Source of the DNA: Shewanella sp.
Lineage (GTDB): Bacteria > Pseudomonadota > Gammaproteobacteria > Enterobacterales > Shewanellaceae
Assembly (NCBI GenBank): GCA_021462625.1
Contig: JAJNAU010000001.1
Span: forward strand, 3,499 to 67,498
Direction of reading: 5' to 3'
Length of the DNA: 64,000 nucleotides
Positions 20,101-28,072 of the stretch are shown here, one piece after another. How positions within the stretch are numbered: the stretch's first letter is position 1; the number at the start of each line of letters is the position of its first letter. A program made the translations under genes and the position numbers. A model generated the notes under the pieces. It was not told where the DNA came from. It worked only from the letters and a program-made list of their open reading frames with translations, and made no database searches.

Positions 20101-21123
20101 CAACGCCTGGGCCTGGCCTTCAGAGCGCGGCGCGTAAATACTCTTGGAGCGGCCATCGGAGGAGGCGCCTATGCCCTTGATGACGGCATAGATGCGGTCA
20201 CCGTCGCGCTCGGCATCCTCCAGCCGTTTCAGCGCCAGCATACCTATGCCTTCACCTATCATCATGCCCTTGGAGTCGGCATCAAAGGGCTTGATGTGGT
20301 CATCGTCGGTAAAGGCGGGTGTTTTGGAGAAACTCATATACATGTAAGGCGAGTTGTCGGTACACACCCCGCCTGTGATCATCATGTCGCTGCGTCCTTC
20401 CACCAGTTCGCTCAGGGCCATACGCATGGCGGCCAGTGATCCGGCGCAGGCGGCATCCACCACACAGTTCATCCCCCCCAGATTAAAGCGGTTGGCGATG
20501 CGACCGGCTATCACATTCCCCAGTGAACCGGGGAACGCATTCTCCTGCCAGGGAATGTATTGATCCTGAAATTTGCGGATCAGCATCTGGCAGTCATCAT
20601 CGCTGATGCCGCTGCTTTTAAAAATTTTTTTCAGCACCGGGTATTGCAGGCGGGCATTCATGGACTGGCTGATCTTCTGCCCACCACCTATGCCCAAGGT
20701 GATGCCGATAGAGCTTCTGTCAAAGCTCCCTTCATCCTCGATACCTGCGTCAATCAGCAAGTCTCTGGCGACCAGCAACGCCAGCAACTGTGCCGTGTCA
20801 GTTTGTTCCAGAATATTGGGAGGTAGCCCGAAGTCCAGCGGATTGAATTCCATCTCAGGCAAGAATCCCCCCCGTTGACAGTAAACCTTGTCCGGGGTAT
20901 TGGGATCGGCATCGAAGTAGTCCCGCGGATCCCAGTGGCTGTCGGGGACCTGGGTAATGGCATCAATTTTATCGACAATCAGATCCCAGAACTCATCCAG
21001 ATACTTAGCTTGGGCGAACAGGCTGGCCATGCCAACAATTGCGATAGGCGTATCTTTCAGTCTTCGTCCGAGACGGACGTCCTGCTCGGTACTGGATGGG
21101 GTGTGGTTATCGGGATGGCTCAT
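14098..21123 (-). CDS. pfaA: PUFA synthase PfaA (KS-MAT-ACPx3-KR-DH)
   Basis: KS DAACAGS/EAHGTGT/IGHTKS; MAT GHSYGE; three LGIDSIKRVEILG ACPs; KR GGAKGVT/YAMANE; C-terminal DH HAVLGNPVLP. Start ATG 21123 with GGAGA RBS. Confidence 0.96.
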   Translation of the reverse strand: MSHPDNHTPSSTEQDVRLGRRLKDTPIAIVGMASLFAQAKYLDEFWDLIVDKIDAITQVPDSHWDPRDYFDADPNTPDKVYCQRGGFLPEMEFNPLDFGLPPNILEQTDTAQLLALLVARDLLIDAGIEDEGSFDRSSIGITLGIGGGQKISQSMNARLQYPVLKKIFKSSGISDDDCQMLIRKFQDQYIPWQENAFPGSLGNVIAGRIANRFNLGGMNCVVDAACAGSLAAMRMALSELVEGRSDMMITGGVCTDNSPYMYMSFSKTPAFTDDDHIKPFDADSKGMMIGEGIGMLALKRLEDAERDGDRIYAVIKGIGASSDGRSKSIYAPRSEGQAQALSRAYDDAGFAPCSVGLIEAHGTGTAAGDMAEFQGLSSMFSHDESGDISPCKQHIALGSVKSQIGHTKSTAGTAGVIKAALALHHKVLPPTINVRRPNPKMALEDSPFFLSTQTSPWLRNGHTPRRAGISSFGFGGTNFHIVLEEYQAEHDSPYRLRRSARPLLFSAASTTALHQILTEAIDTLAQDTGGFDALCQQYALAPCPPEHPRIGLTVNRGGELKDALTQAREQLGQQSDHAWQLPSGVSFRPRALSGKLAALFSGQGNQYLHMGRELACLYPQVRSWLQRYDNAFSDAGLTPLSRIMYPFEAFDEPGRARQQAQLTDTRYAQSGIGALSAAQFTLLKQAGLNIDMTAGHSYGELTALWAAGAVDNDALCTLSLARGEAMAQAAQQEPRGGMAAVGIKDDEQKRQLEILLQAAPGVSIANINSPTQLVLAGEVSALNSLTDSLRQHGIQAIVLKVAGAFHTPMMTQAAAQFGEIIEATRFSQPATEVWSNQTGLPYEGDVARQLSSHMLSQVDYVSQIRGMLAAGCRLFVEFGPQNTQSKLVRSIADEYFAKFPPQTEDELLIVSVNPSPPQSPNPADSGKGRGCDWQLKQAAVVLAVAGQAITNPDTWAVKHTRHQVSPSPMNIRLNGAHYVSPATLKKAQASLEQGRITPLVQTQLSEKVVEKIVHKPHTQISTQSAPERSPCAVTNSLDALFSAQSEAARVHQAFLAIPQQYNDTFNELMQAQLQLAREGLPVPDSLVRAMELFHQHQSETLKIHQAWLTQLSAGQNSQGSSGTIAQPATTSSQAAMQNQSAMSIQGTVSTQGAVRTPAAVPVQTRLSQQPQSTTDVTASGGKQSANTQDITATLLAVVADKTGYPAEMLELSMDMEADLGIDSIKRVEILGAVQDALPQLPTLSPEVLAECRTLAQIQDEIHTALPEKIRPRTTNPPTEVAQSLAEAHSVPSAQAVLLDVVADKTGYPAEMLELSMEMEADLGIDSIKRVEILGTVQDALPQLPTLSPEVLAECHTLEQISDLLAQSQTSTQAQAENQVQAQTQTLTADDTGAPDIIAVLIGVVADKTGYPAQMLELSMDMEADLGIDSIKRVEILGAVQEALPLLPALSPDAMTECRTLGEITVILASANTEASRLSEGHDLHTAPATSVLAAARLQDPDSVSQTKLPPYSGVELVGAAPLGAPLKPPGSLLIVDDGHQAGELARQCQARGLEPVVLSWDTPSTLAANIPQITLPADLFSGDHDSAQIQLNAALETLTAKLISPLSGILVLSCPLQSNTEQKRTLQTALLLAAHNSAALHSAPTALFATVTRQDGGMGYLTGDVTPLAAALHGLTKTLSHEWPQVHCRALDISPDIEPQFFATLVLDELLHTAGQVETCLAGTRDNLIRTTLMPAPLQSCKCQPSLQLSGNDTILVSGGAKGVTLDCALALAAHTGSHFVLLGRSPLIETLPNWALGQTGTELKPALLAHLQQADEKLTPKALDAMLMPVQNTLAIREALARFGALGASAEYLALDITNADDVAQKLMPLVSLRPFSGLIHGAGVLADKRIEQKTLSQFCQVFDTKVEGLNNLLAVLDMDSLKFISLFSSAAGFYGNAGQSDYAMANEVLNKKAIELKTQYPALKVTSFNWGPWDGGMVNSTLKAMFESRGVYVIPRAAGAELFASQVLHVGVVQCLVGSDMQGSQTPAAESKIPDIDSRAAESIEQADPACEARKEQTGAKKPSTQHDWLLTLDDHGFLQDHAVLGNPVLPTACALSLMLDAFEPDPEVQWHTLTDYQLLKGLVFDEVDKASLALTVQDGQLLLSTNGRPGYRARLGDKVAPVTKGVPKRILQALAQHPLDGRLCYQSGPLFHGEGLQLIRQFAIRESQLLAQVHLPDTGSGAGLFQNTWRRVCALDAMLQGALVLAHELSEQDSLPVAFGKLSLHKEFDGNMDELGTVQLWVHNATLMSHTFQCDAALLSEQGRTLVLLKSIKLTLSHTRLNSRAASHVKTTATLEQQ
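16723..17556 (-). repeat. Three tandem ACP-coding repeats inside pfaA
   Basis: The conserved GCCGAG..ATTTCCACCCGC (EILG) block recurs at 16813, 17122 and 17431, an exact 309-bp period. Confidence 0.92.
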
Positions 21124-21928
21124 TTTGAGTCTCCGTGTGGTGGTCGCCATCGGCGCAAAGGGTGTCGGGTGTCGCCTTCATGGCTTTGTTGATGTCGGCA
21201 TCCGGGAAGCGGATAAGAAACTTGCGGTAATTGCGGACCAGCAGACGCCTGAGTTGGTAAGGGCCGTGGGCCAGCACATAAGCGATATAACGGTCAGCTG
21301 CTTGCGCGTCTGAGTCTGAATAAATGTCTACATAAACCCAGTCGAGTTGTGGCTCAAGGCCTATCATGACTGAGCAGGCTGGCCCTTGCTGCACAGGAAT
21401 GTGTATGGCTTCTACCTGCACCACCTGAGACTCCCCCAAGGTGCGAGCCAAGGTGCTGGCATTGAGGGGGTAGCGCTCAGTGCTGTGGCTGCGATAGACA
21501 GGCAGCTGGGCAAAATGCTTTTGCGGTAGAGCGTCACTGGGCTCAATCTCGCCGATACGGGAAACACCGTGGCGTTTGAGGCAACGGGCAAGACCTGAAC
21601 GCGACACCGCCGGGTTGATAAAGGTTCGGGTGACCTCAAGCAGTTTATCCAGTGTCAACTTAAGCTGATATCTCAAACCCACCACCACATACTCCTGGGC
21701 CGGTGTCAGGGTGGTATTGAGATGATGTGGGGTATGAGCCCTGTCCTCAATGTCGCTGCGCCTGCGCCATTTGCGCACCGTGGCTTCACTGATATTGAGG
21801 ATCTGCGATAATTCACGCACGCTCAGAGGTGAGTCCTGAATAAAGCGACGCATCTGAGGCGTAGTGTGACGGGCGCTGTTTTTCCCCTTAACTGGCGTTG
21901 TTTTTGCGAGCTCCGGTGGCAATGCCAT
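21107..21928 (-). CDS. pfaR: PfaR-type regulator of the pfa operon; IS481-transposase-like HTH and degenerate core
   Basis: First gene of the pfa operon, overlapping the pfaA start. HTH LSVRELSQILNISEATVRKWRRR. Start is ATG 21928 (the ORF is open to GTG 22000). Confidence 0.82.
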   Translation of the reverse strand: MALPPELAKTTPVKGKNSARHTTPQMRRFIQDSPLSVRELSQILNISEATVRKWRRRSDIEDRAHTPHHLNTTLTPAQEYVVVGLRYQLKLTLDKLLEVTRTFINPAVSRSGLARCLKRHGVSRIGEIEPSDALPQKHFAQLPVYRSHSTERYPLNASTLARTLGESQVVQVEAIHIPVQQGPACSVMIGLEPQLDWVYVDIYSDSDAQAADRYIAYVLAHGPYQLRRLLVRNYRKFLIRFPDADINKAMKATPDTLCADGDHHTETQNEPSR

Positions 21929-22200
21929 TGCGCTTCCCTGTGGTTGCAGTATCAGGTGGGACTGATGAGCCGGGCACTCTCCTAAGTGCCCGTCTACCAC
22001 TTGATACTCAAGCTATTCCTATTTTGATTGTGCCAAGGTTAGCGAACATATGGCAATGAAACAATCAGTTGGGACTTAAAATTAATAAGATTGTTACATG
22101 TTGGCAGCAAAGGCGTTTTGGGGCGGCATGTGTGGCTGACATCGCGCCTGCTTTCGGTATGTGCGACAATTATTCTGTATTTCAGGTAATTAATTTTTAT

Positions 22201-22995
22201 ATGACGCTTCCTTCTCTGCACCTTTGGCTGATCCCGCTCAATCCACTGATTGCCTGTGTCCGGCCTTTACCCGGGGACAATGAACTGGCGGATTGTCTGA
22301 GTGATGTTGAACGCGTGAGGCTGGCGGGTTTTACCCATGCTGCAGCCAAACGAACGAATCTGTTGTCCCGCGGTATGCTGCGCCATGTGCTCAGTCGTCA
22401 TGGCACGCTTTCACCAGCCGATTGGAAGTTTGTGGCCGGGGAGCAGGGAAAACCGGCGCTTTGTGAATCCCAGCGTCAGGCCCACAGGCTTGCATTTAAT
22501 ATCAGTCACAGTGGCGATTGGCTGGGTATCGGCGTGCTGAGAGGGGCGCAGACCGGGCAGGAGCTGGGAATCGATATTGAGCGCTTTCGCACCGGTGTAT
22601 CCAGCGACAGCGTAATGAACCGCTTTTTCGCCCCCGAAGAAGTGGAGCAACTTAGACAGCTTGATGAGAGTAAAAGGCGTGAAGGTTTTTTTGACCTCTG
22701 GGCACTCAAGGAGTCTTTTATCAAGATGACCGGTCAGGGGCTGGCCCGTCCGCTGGGTAGTTTTGCGTTTGACATCTGCAGGCTGAGCTGTGAGTCAGGA
22801 TATCTGCCGCTGACGTCTGTCAATCATGGCTTGCAAGCTGATGAGCATAGAGTAGCATGGAACTTTGTTACCCTGTCCGGCCCTCAAACCTCGGGTTTTG
22901 GCAGTCGGTTTGCCCGCCTGACAGGTGTATATCGGGTCGCTCTGACCACCTGTGCCTCGCTGAATGCCGTCCCCATTCAAAGTCATTTTTGGTAA
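22201..22995 (+). CDS. pfaE: Sfp-type 4'-phosphopantetheinyl transferase PfaE
   Basis: GEQGKP, FNISHS, GIDIE and WALKESFIK; divergent from pfaR. Confidence 0.9.
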   Translation: MTLPSLHLWLIPLNPLIACVRPLPGDNELADCLSDVERVRLAGFTHAAAKRTNLLSRGMLRHVLSRHGTLSPADWKFVAGEQGKPALCESQRQAHRLAFNISHSGDWLGIGVLRGAQTGQELGIDIERFRTGVSSDSVMNRFFAPEEVEQLRQLDESKRREGFFDLWALKESFIKMTGQGLARPLGSFAFDICRLSCESGYLPLTSVNHGLQADEHRVAWNFVTLSGPQTSGFGSRFARLTGVYRVALTTCASLNAVPIQSHFW

Positions 22996-23254
22996 CACGG
23001 TTTTTTCATCGATAACAACCGGTTCAAATTATGCGCTCGGTCAATTTTTAAACGTCATGCAGTCCGTATACTCAAATCAGGACTGCAGAGGAAGATTCAC
23101 TCGAGTCGCTGCACCTCATGTTATTCAGCTTTCTGATGGAAGCCTTGTCGGGAGCTCAAGTGACTTGTCTCTGCTGGAATTGCCTGCTGCAAAGGCTGCA
23201 CGGGCCAACGGGTACTTTTCCGAATAGAATATAGAATATAAAGGAGGCCAAATT

Positions 23255-25288
23255 ATGGCTGAGTATCGAACCGGACAGATCCGCAATTTTGCCGTGTTGG
23301 GACACACGGGGGCGGGTAAGTCCAGCTTACTGGAGGCGCTGCTTTATGGCGCCAGGACGATTGCCCAAAAGGGCAGGGTCGATAAAGGCACTAACCATGC
23401 CGACTTCACACCTCAGGAAAAAGCACACCAACACTCTCTCGAACCCTCCTTCCTCAATATCGATCTTAACGGTCACCACATTAACCTGATAGATACACCT
23501 GGATTACCTGACTTTTTCGGCAGGGCACTGCAACCATTGCCTGCGGTGGAGTCCGTGCTGTTGGTGATCAATGCCGCCAATGGTATTGAGAGTGTTACTG
23601 CCAGAGCTTTCAGTGCTGCCCGCGCTCAGGGCAAAGTGGTCATGCTGGTGATTAACCATATCGATGGTAACGAAACCGGGCTGGAAGAATTACTCGATGA
23701 TATCCAGCGGCAATTTGGTCCCCGTTGTTTGCCGGTGAATTTGCCTGGCCTTGATGGCGATGTGGTGGATTGTTATCTGCATTCGGATTTTCATGCCAGC
23801 ACCCTGTTTTCCGATGTTTTCTCCGCTCAGGAGCGTCTGGTGGAAACTGTGCTTGAGGAAGATGATCAGCTGATGGAGCTGTATCTGGAGCAGGGGGAAT
23901 GTCTCACGAGTGAGCAGCTGCATGAACCGCTGGAATCGGCTCTACGCATGGGACATCTGGTGCCTGTGTGTTTTACCAGCGCCGAAACTGATACCGGCAT
24001 CGCTGAGCTGCTTGAGCTACTGATCCAACTCATGCCTAACCCAACAGAAGGCAATCCACCGCAGTTCGTTAACGGATTTGGTGAAAAGGCCCGGCCGGTG
24101 GCGGTCAGTGCCAAATCTACTGATCATGTGCTGGCCCATGTATTTCGGGTCAATATTGACCCCTATTTTGGTCGGATGGCCATTATGCGGGTGTATCAGG
24201 GACTGCTCACCAATGGTATGAAGCTGTTTGCCGGCGTTGACAGAAAACCTTTTAAGGTGATGCACTTGCTGTCGCTGCAGGGTGATAAGCAGGTGGAGAT
24301 GGGGCAGGCGGTTCCCGGTGATATCTGTGCCATTGTCAAAATCGATGAGCTGGAAGTCGGTTCGGTGCTGCACGACTGCCATGATGAAGATGAATACCAT
24401 TTGCCAGCGCTGGCATTACCACAACCGATATTTGGGTTGGCAGTGTCCTCTAAACGTCGAGGTGATGAACAAAAAATTGCCGAAGTATTGGGTAAACTGA
24501 TGGCTGAAGATCCCAGCCTGAGTATCGCCCGCAATGAAGCCGAAGGGCAGACTGTGTTGCAGGGGCTTGGCGATATGCATCTGCAGATTGCGCTGGAAAA
24601 AGCCCTGCAAGTATTCAAAGTGGATATGGACACCCAGAAACCGGCGGTAGCCTATCGGGAAACCATCCTCGAGCAGGCCACGTCCAGATACAGACACAAG
24701 AAGCAATCCGGTGGCGCCGGTCAGTTCGCTGAGGTGGAACTGAGAGTCGAGCCATTGTCTCGGGGTGAAGGCTTTAAGTTTAAATCCAAAGTCGTGGGCG
24801 GAGCTATTCCCGGACAGTACATTCCTGCGGTGGAAAAAGGGGTGCGCGAAGCTATGCGGGCCGGAGAGCTGGCCGGATTTCCGGTGGAAGACATTAAAGT
24901 GACCGTGCTGGATGGTAAACATCACAGTGTGGACTCCAAGGAGATCGCCTTTGTGATGGCGGGCAAAAAGGCCTTTATGGACGCGGTAGAGCAGGCCAAT
25001 CCCGTGATCCTTGAGCCCATAGTGCAGATGCAAATCAAGGTAGACTCGGCGCAGGTGGGCGATATTACCGGTGATATCAGCAGCCGCCGTGGTATGGTAT
25101 GCGGCACCGAATCGGAGAATGATGGCAGCGTGGTGGTGAGTGTGGAAGCGCCTTTGGCAACTGTGGATGATTTTGCCACCCGGCTTAAGTCCATAACCGG
25201 TGGTGAAGGGGAGTACACCATGGTGTTTGCCCGTTATGAACCTGTGCCGGATCATATTCAACAACAGATAGTTGTGACTAAGGTATAA
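23255..25288 (+). CDS. Elongation factor G paralog (EF-G II / FusA-like)
   Basis: GHTGAGKS, DTPG and HKKQSGGAGQF, with five-domain EF-G length. Non-canonical switch I and G4 (NHID). RBS AAGGAGG. Confidence 0.92.
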   Translation: MAEYRTGQIRNFAVLGHTGAGKSSLLEALLYGARTIAQKGRVDKGTNHADFTPQEKAHQHSLEPSFLNIDLNGHHINLIDTPGLPDFFGRALQPLPAVESVLLVINAANGIESVTARAFSAARAQGKVVMLVINHIDGNETGLEELLDDIQRQFGPRCLPVNLPGLDGDVVDCYLHSDFHASTLFSDVFSAQERLVETVLEEDDQLMELYLEQGECLTSEQLHEPLESALRMGHLVPVCFTSAETDTGIAELLELLIQLMPNPTEGNPPQFVNGFGEKARPVAVSAKSTDHVLAHVFRVNIDPYFGRMAIMRVYQGLLTNGMKLFAGVDRKPFKVMHLLSLQGDKQVEMGQAVPGDICAIVKIDELEVGSVLHDCHDEDEYHLPALALPQPIFGLAVSSKRRGDEQKIAEVLGKLMAEDPSLSIARNEAEGQTVLQGLGDMHLQIALEKALQVFKVDMDTQKPAVAYRETILEQATSRYRHKKQSGGAGQFAEVELRVEPLSRGEGFKFKSKVVGGAIPGQYIPAVEKGVREAMRAGELAGFPVEDIKVTVLDGKHHSVDSKEIAFVMAGKKAFMDAVEQANPVILEPIVQMQIKVDSAQVGDITGDISSRRGMVCGTESENDGSVVVSVEAPLATVDDFATRLKSITGGEGEYTMVFARYEPVPDHIQQQIVVTKV

Positions 25289-25350
25289 CGGTTTTTGACT
25301 TTCCCTGTGTTATTCAGTTAAACAGGAGGTGAAAAAACCAGAAAATTATG

Positions 25351-25769
25351 TCAGGTTGGCAAGAAATAAGCTTGCATTGACTTTATGGGATACCGGGACC
25401 GATACTCGAAAGGCAGCAAGATTTTAGTGGCAAACAGCGTACTGTTTTGATCTATGAGTATCGTCTCGGGTAGTGCCGGATGTTCCGGCCAGTCACAGTG
25501 GGGGGAAATCAGACGTTGTAGATTGGGTTTGTACCTGATGCAGCACCAGAGCTCACAGGCCAGGTCATTGAACTTGAGCACCGCCAGTGGCATTTCAGCT
25601 TTGTTGTTGCCTGGGTGATCAGTTAGACAGATTGGCCATTGATATGCCGATAGATAGCCCGGCGTTGATGTGCCGATAGATAGCCCGGAATGAACCGGTT
25701 GTACGACCTGTCGCCCTGAGGTATGGGATGTTCACTTTTGACAAAGGAGGCGAACTGAGTTTGATTCAT
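25351..25769 (-). pseudogene. Possible ~130-aa hypothetical gene split by a 26-bp duplication
   Basis: Removing one copy of the 26-bp tandem repeat joins ORF 25623-25769 in frame with ORF 25351-25593. No family recognised and the RBS is weak. Confidence 0.4.
25639..25688. repeat. Tandem direct repeat, 24 nt x2, period 26
   Basis: TTGATATGCCGATAGATAGCCCGG and TTGATGTGCCGATAGATAGCCCGG, one mismatch. Confidence 0.9.
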
Positions 25770-25784
25770 ATCAGCGTAACAACA

Positions 25785-25810
25785 GAAACAGCGCCGCAAG
25801 GCGCTGTTTC
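25785..25810. terminator. Intrinsic terminator-like hairpin
   Basis: GAAACAGCGCC-GCAA-GGCGCTGTTTC: 11-bp stem with a GNRA loop and T-rich tails on both strands. Confidence 0.65.
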
Positions 25811-25835
25811 CTTTTGTGGTTTTCATCGACTGCAA

Positions 25836-25935
25836 CGCATTAATATCTGGGCCTTTAGCACCAGCAAAGGCTTGTCTGTGTGGCGCTGAAGGCGTAACCG
25901 GCATCGGTACCACTGAAGGCGGAATACTTAATGCG
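25836..25935. ncRNA. Candidate structured RNA element downstream of queF
   Basis: Closing stem CGCATTAA/TTAATGCG encloses the hairpins GCCTTT..AAAGGC, CGC-TGAAG-GCG and ACCG-GCAT-CGGT. Folded by eye only. Confidence 0.3.
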
Positions 25936-25961
25936 GGCTTCTTTTTATATGCCGGTTGGTA

Positions 25962-26819
25962 TTATTGCCGGGCGAGACGCAGGTTTTCCGGCGGGTGTTC
26001 GAAGTCACTGCGTAACGGATTGATATCCAGACCACCGCGGCGGGTATATCTGGCGTAAACAGTGAGCTTGCTGCAGTGACAAAAACGCTTCAGATCCATG
26101 AATATGCGTTCAACACACTGTTCGTGAAACTCATTGTGCTGACGGAATGAAATCAAATAGCGCAGCAATTTCTCCCGGTCGATTTTTGGACCCTGATAGC
26201 GGATCATCACACTGCCCCAGTCGGGCTGGGAGGTGATAAGGCAGTTGGACTTGAGCAGATTTGAGTTCAGGGTTTCAGCGACAATTTGTTTGTCATCAGT
26301 GCTGCTTCGCAGGTGCTCAGGCCGGAATACAAAGTCATTGACCTCAATGTCCAAATCATCGATGCAGTGGCCAGGCAACTCAACAATTCGCTGGTGACCA
26401 AACAGTTTTGGCTCAATCACTGCGACTTTGACGTCGCCTTCGGCGCAGCGGGAGAGGTCATCAGTCAGTATCTGCCTGAGCTTATCTACAGACTCAACCC
26501 GGGTCTGGTTGAAACTGTTCAGGTACAGTTTTAATGACTTGGACTCCACCAGATTCTTGCTGTCGTGACTTAAGAAAAACTCCGCAATGGCTACCATGGG
26601 TTTGCCCTTGGCATTCAGCCAGGACAGCTCATAGCCGGTCCAGATATCGACCCCATGGAAAGGCAGTGGTTCAGTAAGATTGATGGCATCGCGGTTAAGC
26701 GCTCTGGGAACCCCCTGCAGCAATGAGGGATCATAGTCAGACTTGTAATCAGTGGCTTTACCCAGAGTCAGCCCGCTGAGTTCATCGGCATGCCGGTAAG
26801 GGTCGTGATGCTGTGTCAT
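25962..26819 (-). CDS. queF: NADPH-dependent 7-cyano-7-deazaguanine reductase
   Basis: [39 protein letters not shown] and [11 protein letters not shown]. Confidence 0.97.
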   Translation of the reverse strand: MTQHHDPYRHADELSGLTLGKATDYKSDYDPSLLQGVPRALNRDAINLTEPLPFHGVDIWTGYELSWLNAKGKPMVAIAEFFLSHDSKNLVESKSLKLYLNSFNQTRVESVDKLRQILTDDLSRCAEGDVKVAVIEPKLFGHQRIVELPGHCIDDLDIEVNDFVFRPEHLRSSTDDKQIVAETLNSNLLKSNCLITSQPDWGSVMIRYQGPKIDREKLLRYLISFRQHNEFHEQCVERIFMDLKRFCHCSKLTVYARYTRRGGLDINPLRSDFEHPPENLRLARQ

Positions 26820-26879
26820 CTAAAATCATTCCATGTCAAAATTAAGACTGAATTATACCTCAAATTGGGATCTGCTTAA

Positions 26880-27527
26880 GTGTCTTGTTTGTCAGCGCTG
26901 CAAAGCTTTTTGAATCTGTATGTGAATGCTTATCGCTCGAAACTGGATGAGTATCCACGCTATTATCCTCAGGGTGAGTCTTCAGCCTGTGTAGTCAGCG
27001 GCGATGTACAGTCGGACGAGGCGGTGCAGTGGCAACCCGCCCGGCGGTACAGCCCCGGTAATTTCAGTAATGTGGAGCAGGCGCTGGAGTTAACCCTTCA
27101 CCCTGATATCAATGGGTTTTATGGACATTTCTGGAGTGCGCCCGCTTTATTTTCCTGCGAGCAGGGAGAGGGGGAGCTCACAGGCGTTTGGAATCAGCAG
27201 GATTTTGAATATCTGCAGCAAAACATCATTGGTCATCTAATGATGAAACGTAACTTAAAGCAGCCACTGACCTGGTTTATCGGTCTGCTGGATGAAGGCG
27301 AAAAGATGCTCACTATCAACAACGAGGATGGCAGCGTCTGGACAGAAGTTCCCGGTGAACTGCAGGGGGAGAAGCTGGCTGACAGTCTGGCGGAGTTTAT
27401 TGCGGGCTTAAGCCCCAGAGTTGCGGTACCGTTCCGGCATGAACACTTGCCTATGCCGCAACTGGACCACCCTGGTTTGCTGGCCAGATTAAAAATTATG
27501 TGGCAAAACCTGACCGACAAGGGCTGA
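26880..27527 (+). CDS. syd: SecY-interacting protein Syd
   Basis: LLQVWN-like region, [22 protein letters not shown] and NEDGSVWTE; divergent from queF; GTG start. Confidence 0.9.
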   Translation: MSCLSALQSFLNLYVNAYRSKLDEYPRYYPQGESSACVVSGDVQSDEAVQWQPARRYSPGNFSNVEQALELTLHPDINGFYGHFWSAPALFSCEQGEGELTGVWNQQDFEYLQQNIIGHLMMKRNLKQPLTWFIGLLDEGEKMLTINNEDGSVWTEVPGELQGEKLADSLAEFIAGLSPRVAVPFRHEHLPMPQLDHPGLLARLKIMWQNLTDKG

Positions 27528-27673
27528 GATAGCCACTTTGGGCGGATGAGGATATCGGAAATTTTCCATGGCAGCCCGATCTGCTTCTCATTAGGCTTAA
27601 GTGCTGCTGTTTGAAGGCGTTGCTGTGAAAATCCTTCAAATAGCAGCATTGGTTAATCCTGTAAGCGCAGATG

Positions 27674-28072
27674 TCAGCCTGACATACCGCGCAGCACCAT
27701 CTTGTTATAGCTGACCATGCCAATCACCTGCCTGTTTTCCACCACTGGCGCGCGACTGATCCCGAAGCGTTCAAATAGTCTGGCGCAGTATTTTATTTGC
27801 ATGTCCGGCTCCACGCTCAGCGCGGGTTTGGTCATGATTTCATAGACATTGATCCGGTCGGGAGCGCGATCAGCTGATAATACCTTGCGGGCGATATCAC
27901 CCAGCATAACAATGCCGAACTCATCGTCATCGTGGCGTTTTTTGACAATCAGGGTCTTCACCTTTTGCTCCCGGGCAATGGCAATGGCTTCTGCAACCGT
28001 GATCAACCCATCGACCATGGCATAGCTGCTTTGCATAACGTCCCTGACCAGTATTTTGGCGTTTGTATTCAT
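27674..28072 (-). CDS. Stand-alone CBS-pair protein
   Basis: VRDVM, FGIV and VYEIMTKP...RAPVV CBS motifs. Confidence 0.9.
   Translation of the reverse strand: MNTNAKILVRDVMQSSYAMVDGLITVAEAIAIAREQKVKTLIVKKRHDDDEFGIVMLGDIARKVLSADRAPDRINVYEIMTKPALSVEPDMQIKYCARLFERFGISRAPVVENRQVIGMVSYNKMVLRGMSG

Noticed and set aside
21107-22000. pfaR as an active IS481 insertion
   Set aside because: DDE residues are altered or missing, no terminal repeats or target duplication are seen, and the gene overlaps the pfaA start.
23255-25288. Canonical fusA
   Set aside because: Not in the rpsL-rpsG-fusA-tuf operon and lacks the RGITI and NKxD motifs.
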